This document shows positions 29,199 to 40,962 of a DNA stretch of 64,000 nt, piece after piece. A program made the position numbers and the translations under genes. Position 1 is the stretch's first letter; the number at the start of each line of letters is the position of its first letter. This DNA comes from Macrostomum lignano (taxonomy: Eukaryota): assembly GCA_002269645.1 (NCBI GenBank), contig NIVC01001948.1:222856-286855 (forward strand), written 5' to 3'. The notes under the pieces were generated by a model. It was not told the DNA's origin. It saw nothing but the letters and a program-made list of their open reading frames with translations, and made no database searches.

Positions 29199-30326
29199 TT
29201 TATGCTAACTATTACCTAAATTTACTAGTGGTAAAACGTCAGTACTATATAGTATAATTACCGAAACAGTTTTCTTGTGACTGACTGAGCGACTTGCGTC
29301 AGATCGACGTGCAACCTTTTAGTAGAAATTAACGTCCTTAGTTGATCTCTCTCATGCACTACTTGGGGCTCAAATGACTGGATTCCGTATTACTGGGATT
29401 ACTGGCTTAGCTAGAAAATCAATTAGCTACTTTTGATTGATAGTTTCGTAAGAATCATGAATGTTTCGTGTGCTACAACTCCTAATTTCTAAGTTCTTCT
29501 TGTTTGCCAATTCGAAACGAGTCACGCTTCCACTGCATTAATTGTTGATCAGGGAATCGCAATAAATTTCTTCCAAAAACAGCCTATAAAAAAACACAAA
29601 AATATTTACGGTGACTTGAATTGTAGTTTTTGCTTTTCGGGGGGGGGGGCGATTTCTCAAGATCTGAATTTCACAATGTTTAAAAGATTTAGATGCCTTT
29701 AAAGTTGTTTAATCCCAGCTATACAAGGGTTTTAAAAATCTGTATCCTCTCTAATGGCATCTCAGGATGAGAGCAGCATTCATTTGGTTGATATAATTTT
29801 ATGGACTGCAAGGCTATATCTAACTCGTGCTGTATTAGCTATAGCGTACCTTAGAACGACATGTATAAAGAAAGATATGGCAAATTTGTTAACAAGCGTT
29901 TCGTTATATCGTTTAGCTACATTATGTAAGCGAACTGGTTCAGAGCCTTAAGAGCCTGACCTAGGAATACTTCTACTATCTCACATATTATCTACTACTA
30001 CGAATCAAGATTGTAACTATTTTATATTAATTTGGACTTGCTGCACAGATTAGGACTTTCAGTGCAATTTGGTCTGTTTGTGCAATTACGAGTATAGCTA
30101 CTCGGGCTCCAATTGTGCGATAGTGGCTCCTGATAGTGCGTGCGGCTTGGGAGTGCTTGCCAATTCTATTCCTGCAGCAGGGAATGCATGGTTTTGTTGC
30201 ATAGCTGAATAATAGAATAGACAAATATAGATAAATTAATCATTAGTTTTTACTTCATTAGTCAAAGGCAAAGCATTCGAACTAAAAGCCTCTACCAAAT
30301 GACATGAAGAGGATGACATTTAAATT

Positions 30327-30837
30327 TCAATTGAGCACTCCAGCAGGGTCTGCGATCGCCTTCGAATTGCCTTCGGTAGCAGCCGCGGCGGCCAAGCCGG
30401 CCCTGCGACTCATCTCCTCAATCGAGTAGGTGCTCGTCAGCTCGTTGTAGAGCTCATCCAGCCCAACTTCCTGGTCAGTGGCTTCGCCTTGGCTTTCGCT
30501 GGAGTCACCTCTGCCCAATGAGTTTGCTTTCGATTTCGCTGCCGCCTTGGCTACCGCAACTGCGGTGGTGGCGACGGCTGCACCGGCGGACGTCTTGCCG
30601 GCTTTCAGTGCGGTTCGACCCGGTGCAGCTGCGGCAGACGTTGTCGAGTTCGCAGCCATTGCCAGCGGAGTTAAGGAGCGCCGCCTGGGTGGCTCCGGCT
30701 GTTGCTGCTGCTTGGGCGTCAGTCTGCCGGCTGGAGTCTGCCGACTAGCTGTCGGATTCGGCGTCCGGGCCTGTCGGTTTGGCGACGTCCGGCTGCTGCT
30801 GCCGCGGGCGTCGGTCTTGGACAGAGGCTTCAGTCGG

Positions 30838-30891
<54 letters not shown>

Positions 30892-33800
30892 CAACTGCTG
30901 GACCGGCGTCGTTTCACCAGCTTCTCGGCTGCCGGACTGAACAGAGCAACCTCGGGCGTTGTGCAGCCCTGCGCTCTGGCCCACTGCTCCGCCGTTCGAC
31001 CGGTCCGTTCGTCAGTTTTAGACACAGATGCGTGGCCCTCGATGGCCAGTAGCGAAGCGCTTTCGGTGAAGCCGTTCTTAGCGGCAATCAGCATGGCTGT
31101 GAAGCCTTCCTTGTTCACGCGGTCAATGTCGAGACCAAGGCGTCGGAAACATTTGATTAGTATGCCGATGCCAGTGTCGTTGCCAACTCTGGCGCAGTGC
31201 ATCAGGGGCGTGTTACCTGCGAATTAATGCATAGGAGAGGGATTGTTTTCATGTGGGAGCTGTGGTAAACCATCCAGGTGATTCAAGTGTGAGCTGTGGT
31301 AAACCATCCAGGTAATTCAAGTGTGAGCTCTGGTAGAGCATCCAGGTGATTCAAGTGTGAGCTGTGGTAAACCATCCAGGTGATTCAAGTGTGAGCTGTG
31401 GTAGAGCATCCAGGTGATTTAAGTGTGAGCTGTGGTAAACCATCCAGGTGATTTAGGTGTGAGCTGTGGTAAACCATCCAGGTGATTCAAGTGTGAGCTG
31501 TGGTAGAGCATCCAGGTGATTTAAGTGTGAGCTGTGGTAAACCATCCAGGTGATTTAAGTGTGAGCTGTGGTAAACCATCCAGGTGATTTAGGTGTGAGC
31601 TGTGGTAAACCATCCAGGTGATTCAAATGTGAGCTGTGGTAAACCATCCAGGTGATTCAAGTGTGAGCTGTGGTAAACCATCCAGGTGATTCAAGTGTGA
31701 GCTCTGGTAGAGCATCCAGTGATTCAAGTGTGAGCTGTGGTAAACCATCAAGGGGATTTAAGTGTGAGCTGTGGTAGACCATCCAGGTGATTCAAGTGTG
31801 AGCTGTGGAAAACCATCCAGGTAATTCAAGTGTGAGCTCTGGTAGAGCATCCAGTGATTCAAGTGTGAACTGGTGATTCAAGTGTGGGCTGTGGTAAACC
31901 ATCCAGGTGATTTAAGTGTGAGCTGGTGATTCAAGTGTGAGCTGTGGTAAACCATCCAGGTGATTCAAGTGTGAGCTGTGGTAGAGCATCCAGGTGATTC
32001 AAGTGTGAGCTGTGGTAAACCATCCAGGTGATTCAAGTGTGAGCTGTGGTAGAGCATCCAGGTGATTCAAGTGTGAGCTGTGGTAAACCATTCAGGTGAT
32101 TTAAGTGTGAGCTGGTGATTCAAGTGTGAGCTGTGGTAAACCATCCAGGTGATTCAAGTGTGAGCTGTGGAAAACCATTCAGGTGATTCAAGTGTGAGCT
32201 GTGGTAAACCATCCAGGTGATTCAAGTGTGAGCTGTGGTAAACCATCCAGGTGATTCAAGTGTGAGCTGTGGTAAACCATCCAGGTGATTTAAGTGTGAG
32301 CTGTGGTAAACCATCCAGGTGATTTAAGTGTGAGCTGTGGTAGAGCAACTAACTCAAATCACTTGGAATTTCTAGACCCTAATTAGAAGTTGAATACCCT
32401 CTAGTCCAATGGAAACTTCTCCAAATGACAACAAAATTCTAGCTAAGGTGTCTTTAAAAGCACCCTATAAAAAAGCAATTCCATCGCAGTTAATGACTCT
32501 GCTAATTCCTAAGCTGGAGATGTGACATGACATTGCGTGCCAGGTGAATTCAATTTTTTAAGAGGAGCGCACCCGATTGCCTATAGTTATTTGGGACAGG
32601 ATCACGCATTTACTGACAAATCTCGTTGTAGAATACAGTCCGGCACTTTTTCAAATCAGCCGGATCCGTAGCCTCTCCAATCAGTTGGATCGGTAGCCTC
32701 TCCAATCAGCTAGATCCGTAGCCTCTCCAACCAGCTGGATCGGTAGCCTCTCCAACCAGCTGGATCGGTAGCCTCTCCAATCAGCTGGATCGGTAACCTC
32801 TCCAATCAGCTGGATCGGTAGCCTCTCCAATCAGTTGGATCGGTAGCCTCTCCAATCAGCTGGATCGGTAGCCTCTCTAATCAGCTGGATCGGTAGCCAC
32901 TCCAATCAGCTGGATCGGTAGCCTCTCCAACCAGCTGGATCGGTAGCCTCTCCAATCAGCTGGATCGGTAGCCTCTCTAATCAGCTGGATCAGTAGCCTC
33001 TCCAATCAGCTGGATCGGTAGCCTCTCTAATCAGTTGGATCGGTAGCCTCTCTAATCAGCTGGATCGGTAGCCTCTCCAATCAGCTGGATCGGTAGCCTC
33101 TCCAATCAGCTGGATCGGTAGCCTCTCCAATCAGTTGGATCGGTAGCCTCTCCAATCAGCTGGATCGGTAGCCTCTCTAATCAGCTGGATCGGTAGCCAC
33201 TCCAATCAGCTGGATCGGTAGCCTCTCCAACCAGCTGGATCGGTAGCCTCTCCAATCAGCTGGATCGGTAGCCTCTCCAACCAGCTGGATCGGTAGCCTC
33301 TCCTATCAGCTGGATCGGTAGCCTCTCCAACCAGCTGGATCGGTAGCCTCTCCAACCAGCTGGATCGGTAGCCTCTCCAATCAGCTGGATCGGTAGCCTC
33401 TCCAATCAGCTGGATCGGTAGCCTCTCCAATCAGCTGGATCGGTAGCCTCTCCAATCAGTTGGATCGGTAGCCTCTCCAATCAGCTGGATCGGTAGCCTC
33501 TCCAATCAGCTGGATCGGTAGCCTCTCCAATCAGTTGGATCGGTAGCCTCTCCAATCAGCTGGATCGGTAGCCTCTCCAACCAGCTGGATCGGTAGCCTC
33601 TCCAACCAGCTGGATCGGTAGCCTCTCCAACCAGCTGGATCGGTAGCCTCTCTAATCAGCTGGATCGGTAGCCTCTCCAACCAGCTGGATCGGTAGCCTC
33701 TCCAACCAGCTGGATCGGTAGCCTCTCCAACCAGCTGGATCGGTAGCCTCTCCAACCAGCTGGATCGGTAGACTCTCCAATCAGCTGGATCGGTAGCCTC

Positions 33801-36800
33801 TCCAATCAGCTGGATCGGTAGCCTCTCCAATCAGCTGGATCGGTAGCCTCTCCAACCAGCTGGATCGGTAGCCTCTCCAATCAGCTAGATCGGTAGCCTC
33901 TCTAATCAGCTGGATCGGTAGCCTCTCCAATCAGCTGGATCGGTAGCCTCTCCAACCAGCTGGATCGGTAGCCTCTCCAATCAGCTAGATCGGTAGCCTC
34001 TCCAATCAGCTGGATCGGTAGCCTCTCCAATCAGCTGGATCGGTAGCCTCTCCAATCAGCTGGATCGGTAGCCTCTCCAACCAGCTGGATCGGTAGCCTC
34101 TCCAATCAGCTGGATCGGTAGCCTCTCCAATCAGCTGGATCGGTAGCCTCTCCAATCAGCTGGATCGGTAGCCTCTCCAATCAGCTGGATCGGTAGCCTC
34201 TCCAATCAGCTGGATTGGTAGCCTCTCCAATCAGCTGGATCGGTAGCCTCTCCAACCAGCTGGATCGGTAGCCAAATAACCAGACCAATAGCACCTCACC
34301 GTCCTTATCCGGCAGCTCCGGGTCCACATTGTGACGCACCAGTAGTCGCACAACATCATTATGCCGCATCTCGCAGGCGTAGCTCAGTGCCGTCCTCCCG
34401 GAGTCGTCCTGGTAGTTTGGCTGAGCGCCGTACGCCAGCAGCATCTGCATAATTCTCTGGCGACACTTTTCCTCCTGTAGAAGTTTTTTTGAAGTTTCAG
34501 ATGTTTAAGTGGCATTCAAGTGCTTCATTCCTTTTTAATTGTTTTATCAAATCCAGTTTGTACGGAAAATCCAGTTTACATGTACACAAAATATAGGGGC
34601 GCCAGCACCAGGGGCGCCAGCACCAGGGGGTGCGCCAAATCTACTGCAAGGAGGCGCCAAAGCCACTGCAAGGAGGCGCCAAATCTACTGCAAGGAGGCG
34701 CCAAAGCCACTGCAAGGAGGCGCCAAATCTACTGCAAGGAGGCGCCAAAGCCACTGCAAGGAGCGCCAAAGCCACTGCAAGGGGCGCCAAAGCCACTGCA
34801 AGGGGCGCCAAAGCCACTGCAAGGGGCACCAAGGCCACTGCAAAGGGCGCACTAAAGCTAGTCAGCGCCAGGTGAAGGGAACAGTGAGTTTTTCAAATAA
34901 AATTTTTGTAATAGTTCAAGTTTCCTTGAAAAGTCAACCAGTAAGAAATTGACACCTTTGAGCAGTATACTCAAGCCGGGTGAAAATTCAAAGTTTAACT
35001 TTGACTTGCCTACATCACAATAGCAATTGAAATTGTCAATGTCGAGATTTACATGTAGAAATCGTTGATAAAATCAATTAAGACAGAGGCGAAACTGCAG
35101 GTAGATGCTGACTGACACATTCATCAACCCTTTCTGCACTACGAGAGCGTATTAGGAGTTCACAGAGAGCTTCTTAGCTGATCACCTGTGACAGGTGTGG
35201 TGAGGGAGAGGAACTAAAGTACACGTTGACAGGAGATTTCTACAAAAAATGGAGAAAAAATCTGAGATGAAGGAACCGCGTCAGCTGAGCAGGATGACAC
35301 GGGGCTCACGGATGCTACAGGCTTAATGAGCGACAGGCAGGTGAACTCCTGGTCAGCTTACAGTTGCACTCTTGCATGCAAGCAACAGTATAGGCTGATC
35401 CGTTCGACTCAAATTGCTTGTTTTTCATGGCCTATCATTTTTCTGCTGGCAATTTTTTGATCAATTTTTTGGAGCAAATGAGGAAACATGTGAAAGGATG
35501 GGGAGAGGAGGGGGGAAGGCAGAAGAGGGGGAGAAGGGAGAGAAGAAGAGGAGGGGAGAGAAGGGGGAGAAGGGAGAGGAGGGGGAGAAGGGAGAGAAGG
35601 GGAGGAGGGGGAGAAGGGAGAGGAGGGGGAGAAGGGAGAGGAGGGGGAAAAGGGAGAGGAGGGGGAGAAGGGAGAGGAGGGGAGAGAAGGTAGAGGAGGG
35701 GGAGAAGGGAGAGAAGGGGGAGGATAGGGAGAAGGGAGAAAAGGGGGAGAAGGGAGAGGAGGGGGAGAAGGGAGAGGAGGAGGAGAAGGGAGAGGAGGGG
35801 GAGAAGGGAGAGAAGGGGGAGAAGGGAGAAAAGGGGTAGAAGGGAGAGGAGGGGGAGAAGGGAGAGAAGGGGAGAAGGGGGAGGAGGGGGAGAAGGGAGA
35901 GGAGGGGAGAGGAGGGGGAGAAGGGAGAGAAGGGGGAGGGGGAAGGGAGAGGAGGGGGAGGAGGGGAGAAGGGAGAGGAGGGGAGAGGAGGGGGAGAAGG
36001 GGGAGAAGGGAGAGGAGGGGGAGAAGGGAGAGGAGAGGGAGAAGGGAGAGAAGGGGGAGAATTGGGAGAGGAGGGGGAGAAGGGAGAGGAGGGGGAGGAG
36101 GGGAGAAGGGAGAGGAGGGGGAGGAGGGGGAGAAGGGAGAGAAGGGGAGGAGGGGGAGAAGGGAGAGGAGGGGGAGGAGGGGGAGAAGGGAGAGGAGGGG
36201 AGAGGAGGGGGAGAAGGGAGAGAAGGGGGGAGGGGGAGAAGGGAGAGGAGGGGGAGAAGGGAGAGAAGGGAGAGAAGGGGAAGGAGGGGGAGAAGGGAGA
36301 GGAGAGGGAGAAGGGAGAGAAGAGGGAGAAGGGAGAGGAGAGGTCAGATGGGAAAGGGAGAGGAGAAGAGGATCGGAGAAGTGAGGAAAAGAGGAACTGG
36401 GAGAAATTTCAGGTACATGTAAGTCAATAGAGATGGGCAAACTACAAGCGTGGGATGAAGCAAGCATCAGACTGTGCATGGATTATGTACACAAAGCATC
36501 TCCAGCAGGCTGCATAGTCTGAGTAAACGCTACGCATTCCGGATAGAGAAATGCAAATAAAAAGAGCTGTGTGATGAGACAGGGTCAGAAACTGCGGCAA
36601 GGGCCTGGCGGGTTAGTGGGAGAAACCAGCTGAGAACATCGGGACATGCAAGACGAGGCTAAACGCAATCAGAGAACATGGAAGCTACTTGTAGCGCATT
36701 GCAATCAGATATGCTTGTGGCTATAGATGCAGGACAGCCTGCAACAGTGCAGTGTACTCGTATAATCCACTTGTTTATTGTGAGCATTTGGCCACACGTA

Positions 36801-37931
36801 GATGAATTCAGTTTATAGTTAAACAAACTTTGAATAGAATTGTAATATTGCTTGTGTAAGAAGCCCGTAAATCCTTGTTCCTTTATTTGGCACCAAGGGG
36901 CGCCAGTACCAAGTGGCGCCAGCACCAAGGGGCGCCAGCACCAAGGGGCGCCAGCACCAAGTGGCGCCAGCACTAAGTGGCGCCAGCACCAAGTGGCGCC
37001 ATCACCAAGGGGCGCCAGCACCAAGGGGCGCCAGCACCAAGGGGCGCCAGCACCAAGGGGCGCCAGCACCAAGGGGCGCCAGCACCAAGGGGCGCCAGCA
37101 CCAAGGGGCGCCAGCACCAAGGGGCGCCAGCACCAAGGGGCGCCAGCACCAAGGGGCGCCAGCACCAAGGGGCGCCAGCACCAGGGGCGCCATCACAAGG
37201 GGCGCCAGCACCAAGGGGCGCCAGCACCAAGGGGCGCCAGCACCAAGGGGCGCCAGCACCAAGGGGCGCCAGCACCAAGGGGCGCCAGCACCAAGGGGCG
37301 CCAGCACCAAGGGGCGCCAGCACCAAGGGGCGCCAGCACCAAGGGGCGCCAGCACCAAGGGGCGCCAGCACCAAGGGGCGCCAGCACCAAGGGGCGCCAG
37401 CACCAAGGGGCGCCAGCACCAAGGGGCGCCAGCACCAAGGGGCGCCAGCACCAAGGGGCGCCAGCACCAAGGGGCGCCAGCACCAAGGGGCGCCAGCACC
37501 AAGGGGCGCCAGCACCAAGGGGCGCCAGCACCAAGGAGCGCCAGCACCAGGGGCGCCAGCACCAAGGGATGCTAGCATAATCCCAAAGGGAACGCTGACA
37601 ACCCTTAATTGTAGCATAGGTATGCAGCCACCACCATCCGGAATGCAATGCTTGCGCTCACCGTAATATACACAGATCTAATTAGCGGCGTTTTGCCTTT
37701 GAAATCGCGAAAATTTGTCGCCAACCCGACGTCGCCTTCGCAAGCTTCCAATATAAATTTGGCCAGGTGGCTCTTGCCGCGATTAACCGCGTCAAGGAGC
37801 GCATTGGCCGCGGTCTCCATGCCGGGCTGATCGCGGGCGGTCTTTGCAGCCGAGCTCTGCAGCTGCTGCTGAGGCAGAGCTGAAACTTTTCCTGCAGCCT
37901 TCATCTGGCTCTGAGGATAGGAGCGGTTCAT
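30327..37931 (-). CDS. Ankyrin-repeat protein, ANKRD63-like, about 444 aa, 3 exons, poly-Gln in a low-complexity tail
   Basis: Exons: 37931-37662, 34474-34300, 31216-30327 (phases 0, 1). GKSHLAKFILEA, GRTALSYACE, GNTPLMHCA and FRRLGL resemble ANKRD63 (GKVHLARFVLDA..RTALSLACE..FRRLGL). The start codon is uncertain. Confidence 0.85.
31250..32346 (+). repeat. 34-bp minisatellite (GTGTGAGCTGTGGTAAACCATCCAGGTGATTCAA) in ANKRD63-like intron 2
   Basis: About 32 units, some internally deleted. Confidence 0.94.
32660..34272 (+). repeat. 25-bp minisatellite (TCCAATCAGCTGGATCGGTAGCCTC) in ANKRD63-like intron 2
   Basis: About 64 units, ending about 27 nt from the donor. Confidence 0.96.
34596..34850 (+). 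repeat. GGCGCCA-core repeats (GGGGCGCCAGCACCA x2, then ~21-22-bp GGCGCCAAAGCCACTGCAAGGA) in ANKRD63-like intron 1
   Basis: Tandem units visible directly. Confidence 0.85.
35500..36400 (+). repeat. ~900-bp purine-rich tract (GGGGGAGAAGGGAGAGGA-type) in ANKRD63-like intron 1
   Basis: Nearly all G/A. Confidence 0.92.
36888..37566 (+). repeat. 16-bp minisatellite (GGGGCGCCAGCACCAA) in ANKRD63-like intron 1
   Basis: About 42 units. Confidence 0.96.
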
Positions 37932-38193
37932 CCTTGGGAATCCAGGTATTTACCTCTCTGCTGTAAACGCTTTCGGGAAAGGCGATCGCGGACAACGAGC
38001 TTTAAACCGTATTTTCTGTTCAAGAAACATTTATGTAGCTGTTTCTGCTCTCGGGTGCATAGCCAATCGGGCATCAGATGGGAAGCAGTCGGAACTTCTC
38101 TGGGAATTTTCTAGCCAAGGAGTCCAGCAACTAGAACCTGGACTAGCGCATCAACTGATTTTATACAAATGGGTTATGAAAAAGAGTTAGCCT

Positions 38194-38404
38194 GTTCAGT
38201 CCAAGGACTGGGGGGGGGTCGCCACATACGCTCAATTACCCCCAGCTAATGCTGACCTCCATTGTACAACTGGGTGAACTGAGGCAATGCAGAGTTAAGC
38301 GTCTTGCTCAAGGACACAAATTGTTCCGATCTTGAGTCGTGAATCGAACCCACGACCTTCAAGACGCGAGTCCGACGCTCTGACCATTAAAGGGTTCAAC
38401 CGCC
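38194..38404 (-). mobile_element. tRNA-derived SINE with CORE-like domain, copy 1
   Basis: Minus strand: GGCGG..TGGTCAGAGCG (A box), GGTTCGATTC (B box), then TGTGTCCTTGAGCAAGACGCTTAACTC..CCTCAGTTCACCCAGTTGTACAATGG resembling the CORE domain. Paralogous to 39502-39706. Confidence 0.8.
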
Positions 38405-38814
38405 TGTAAATCCATGGTCTGGCTTCGGGTCTCCTTGACTACATTTAGACTGACTGCATGCATGGCCCAACCCCGGAGAGAAAGATTTCCTTGATGTGTT
38501 CACTTCAGCCTGCTAATTGGCAATTAACTTACAGTCGAAAAATTGCGTGCGCGTTTCTAATCATCGAACTGGAGCAAAAGTACACTTACTAAAAAGTTAA
38601 TTCTGAATCTTAGGATTATTGTGCTGAACTTTCTAAATGCTACTACGAGAGGGAGCTTGTTTTCAATGGTTAAACATTTTTATATTACGTACATGTAACG
38701 GTGCATGCAAACGTAGTTTAGTGCATGCTAGACAGATAACACAGTAAAATAGACAAGCCCACTTGGTAGTACAAAAGAAACTCAGAGAGTAGCTTCTCAA
38801 GGGCGATGGTAGGT

Positions 38815-39390
38815 TCTCAGGGTGCCACGGTAGATTCTTAAGGAGCCACGGTAGATTCTTAAGGAGCCACTAGATTCTTAAGGAGCCACGGTAGATTCTT
38901 AAGGAGCCACGGTAGATTCTTAAGGAGCCACGGTAGATTCTTAAGGAGTCACGGTAGATTCTTAAGGAGCCACGGTAGATTCTTAAGGAGTCACGGTAGA
39001 TTCTTAAGGAGCCATGGACCCACGGTAGATTATTAAGGAGCCACAGTAGATTCTGTAAGGTGCCACGGTAGATTCTTAAGGAGCCACGGTAGATTCTTAA
39101 GGAGCCACAGTAGATTCTTAAGGAGCCACGGTAGATTCTTAAGGAGCCACAGTAGATTCTGTAAGGTGCCACGGTAGATTCTTAAGGAGCCACGGTAGAT
39201 TATTAAGGTGCCACAGTAGATTCTTAAGGAGCCACGGTAGATTCTTAAGGAGCCACGGTAGATTCTTAAGGAGCCACGGTAGATTCTTAAGGAGCCACCG
39301 TAGATTCTTTAAGGTTCCACGGTAGATTCTTAAGGAGCCACGGTAGATTCTTAAGGAGCCACGGTAGATTCTTAAGGAGCCACAGTATAG
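38815..39390 (+). repeat. 21-bp minisatellite (CCACGGTAGATTCTTAAGGAG) between the two SINEs
   Basis: About 27 units. Confidence 0.94.
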
Positions 39391-39501
39391 ATTCCAGAGC
39401 AGAATTAAACGACCCCTGAACGTAGTGTAGTTTCTTTTTAGTTTTTACATGTGTGTTTTATTTTTGTGCAAAATTTAATAGCGATGATTTCAATAACGGC
39501 G

Positions 39502-39706
39502 GTTCAGTCCAAGGAGTGGGGGTCGCCACACACACCCTCAATTACCCCAACTAATGCTGGCACCCATTTTACAGCTGGGTGAATTGAAGCAATGAAGAGT
39601 TAAGTGTCCTACTCAAGGGACATAAATTGTCCGAGAGAGACGGGAATCGAACTCCCGACCTTTCAGTGGTGAGTCAGACGCTCTGACCACTAAAAGCTAC
39701 AACGCC
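39502..39706 (-). mobile_element. tRNA-derived SINE with CORE-like domain, copy 2
   Basis: A box TAGTGGTCAGAGCG, B box AGTTCGATTCC, CORE-like TGAGTAGGACACTTAACTC..CACCCAGCTGTAAAATGGG; same tail as copy 1 (CCTTGGACTGAAC). Confidence 0.8.
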
Positions 39707-40962
39707 GTAAAGACGCGCTCTATTACTGCAGCCTGTACTTGTAAGGACTAGAATTTGTTGAAAAGTTTTAGGTTAGAAATTAAGTTTGTAAACTTTCTTG
39801 GACAATTTCACGAATGAATAAATATCAATAAAGCTAGGGAGCCCACAAGTAACGCTCAAAACCTGTAAAACTTTATTTCGAATAAACATTCTTTTAAAGA
39901 GCAATCCCGTAACACATGGATATTGCTCAATATTACTTATAATAGTATAATTTTTATTATGTAACAATCAATGACAAAGTCAATAACGCTCGTACTTGGA
40001 ACTTAGTGTCTGGATCATAATTAGTGCATCTCTGTATCGCATCTACTACTGCTAATAGCAATTTCAAGTTTTTTTACTTGTTAAATTAACAAAACTTTGA
40101 CAACGACCCACACAAAGCAATTAACAAAGTTTGATAGGAAATGTCTCGTGAAACATTACGGAATGATAAAAATATACATCTTAATACTGCAATATATTTT
40201 TAATAGATAGTAATAAACAATATCCAGAAGAATTAAAACAAGCCAGATGAAAATCATATTGCTAGATGCATAAAATGAACAATAAAACAAGGCAAGGCAC
40301 ATATTGGTTTCAGTTCACAGCGAGGGATCACAATAAAATTTATGACTAATAATCTAGCTAGTTAAGGTGCTTTGACCTTCAATTGTCTAGTGCAAAAGAA
40401 AAGTACGACAGTACCTAAAAATGATAAAATCTTTGGTTTTATCACCAGACCAAAGGAATCGACCGAATTGGAAATTAAATAAAGCTATTGGGCTCATTAT
40501 TTATGCAATAATTATGCAATAGTGAGCAAAGAAGATATCATAACTCGTAAATGTTTATTCGTTTTTTTATTAACAGCTAAGCTGTTTTAAATAACAGAGC
40601 TATTGCACACAATCGGCATAAAATACTGGATTGCAGACCACCGTGCAATGAAGTAATCGCAACCACTATTTGACCTTCAATTGTCCACAATTGGCACCGC
40701 AGCACCGCGGTCTGGCGCGCCGCTCTGATGTACCTGCTTGCCAGCGACCCAGGCTCTGCTTGTGCAATTAAAGCCATAGAAGTGTACACGTTTAACTATA
40801 AAATAAAGTCATAGGGCCACTGTACACTCCTGTGTGCCTGCTCAGGGGAGTCGGCGGAATGGGCAGTAATGCCTCTCGCCGCTTAAAGTGCGTCAGGGTG
40901 CACATAGCCCTTGCCTATCTATATAACTAAATTAACACCGATCCTATTTGACCTTCAACTGT

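Noticed and set aside
30478-31227. Antisense or alternative-frame ORFs over GC-rich exons (also 14457, 44990, 62535-63518)
   Set aside because: Shadows of real coding exons caused by GC-rich codon usage; no independent motifs.
34900-36880. Nested gene within ANKRD63-like intron 1
   Set aside because: Only short or low-complexity ORFs, and no coherent splice model was found.
38300-39706. tRNA genes
   Set aside because: A and B boxes are present, but there is no complete cloverleaf, and both continue into a shared SINE body.
39704-39729. GCCGTAAAGACGCGCTCTATTACTGC resembles my recollection of the 5' half of the Macrostomum spliced leader
   Set aside because: It lacks the 3' half, terminal ATG, GT donor and Sm site; its first bases coincide with the SINE 5' end (copy 1 has GCCTGTAAA). 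It is not an SL RNA gene, and the reference sequence is from memory and unverified.
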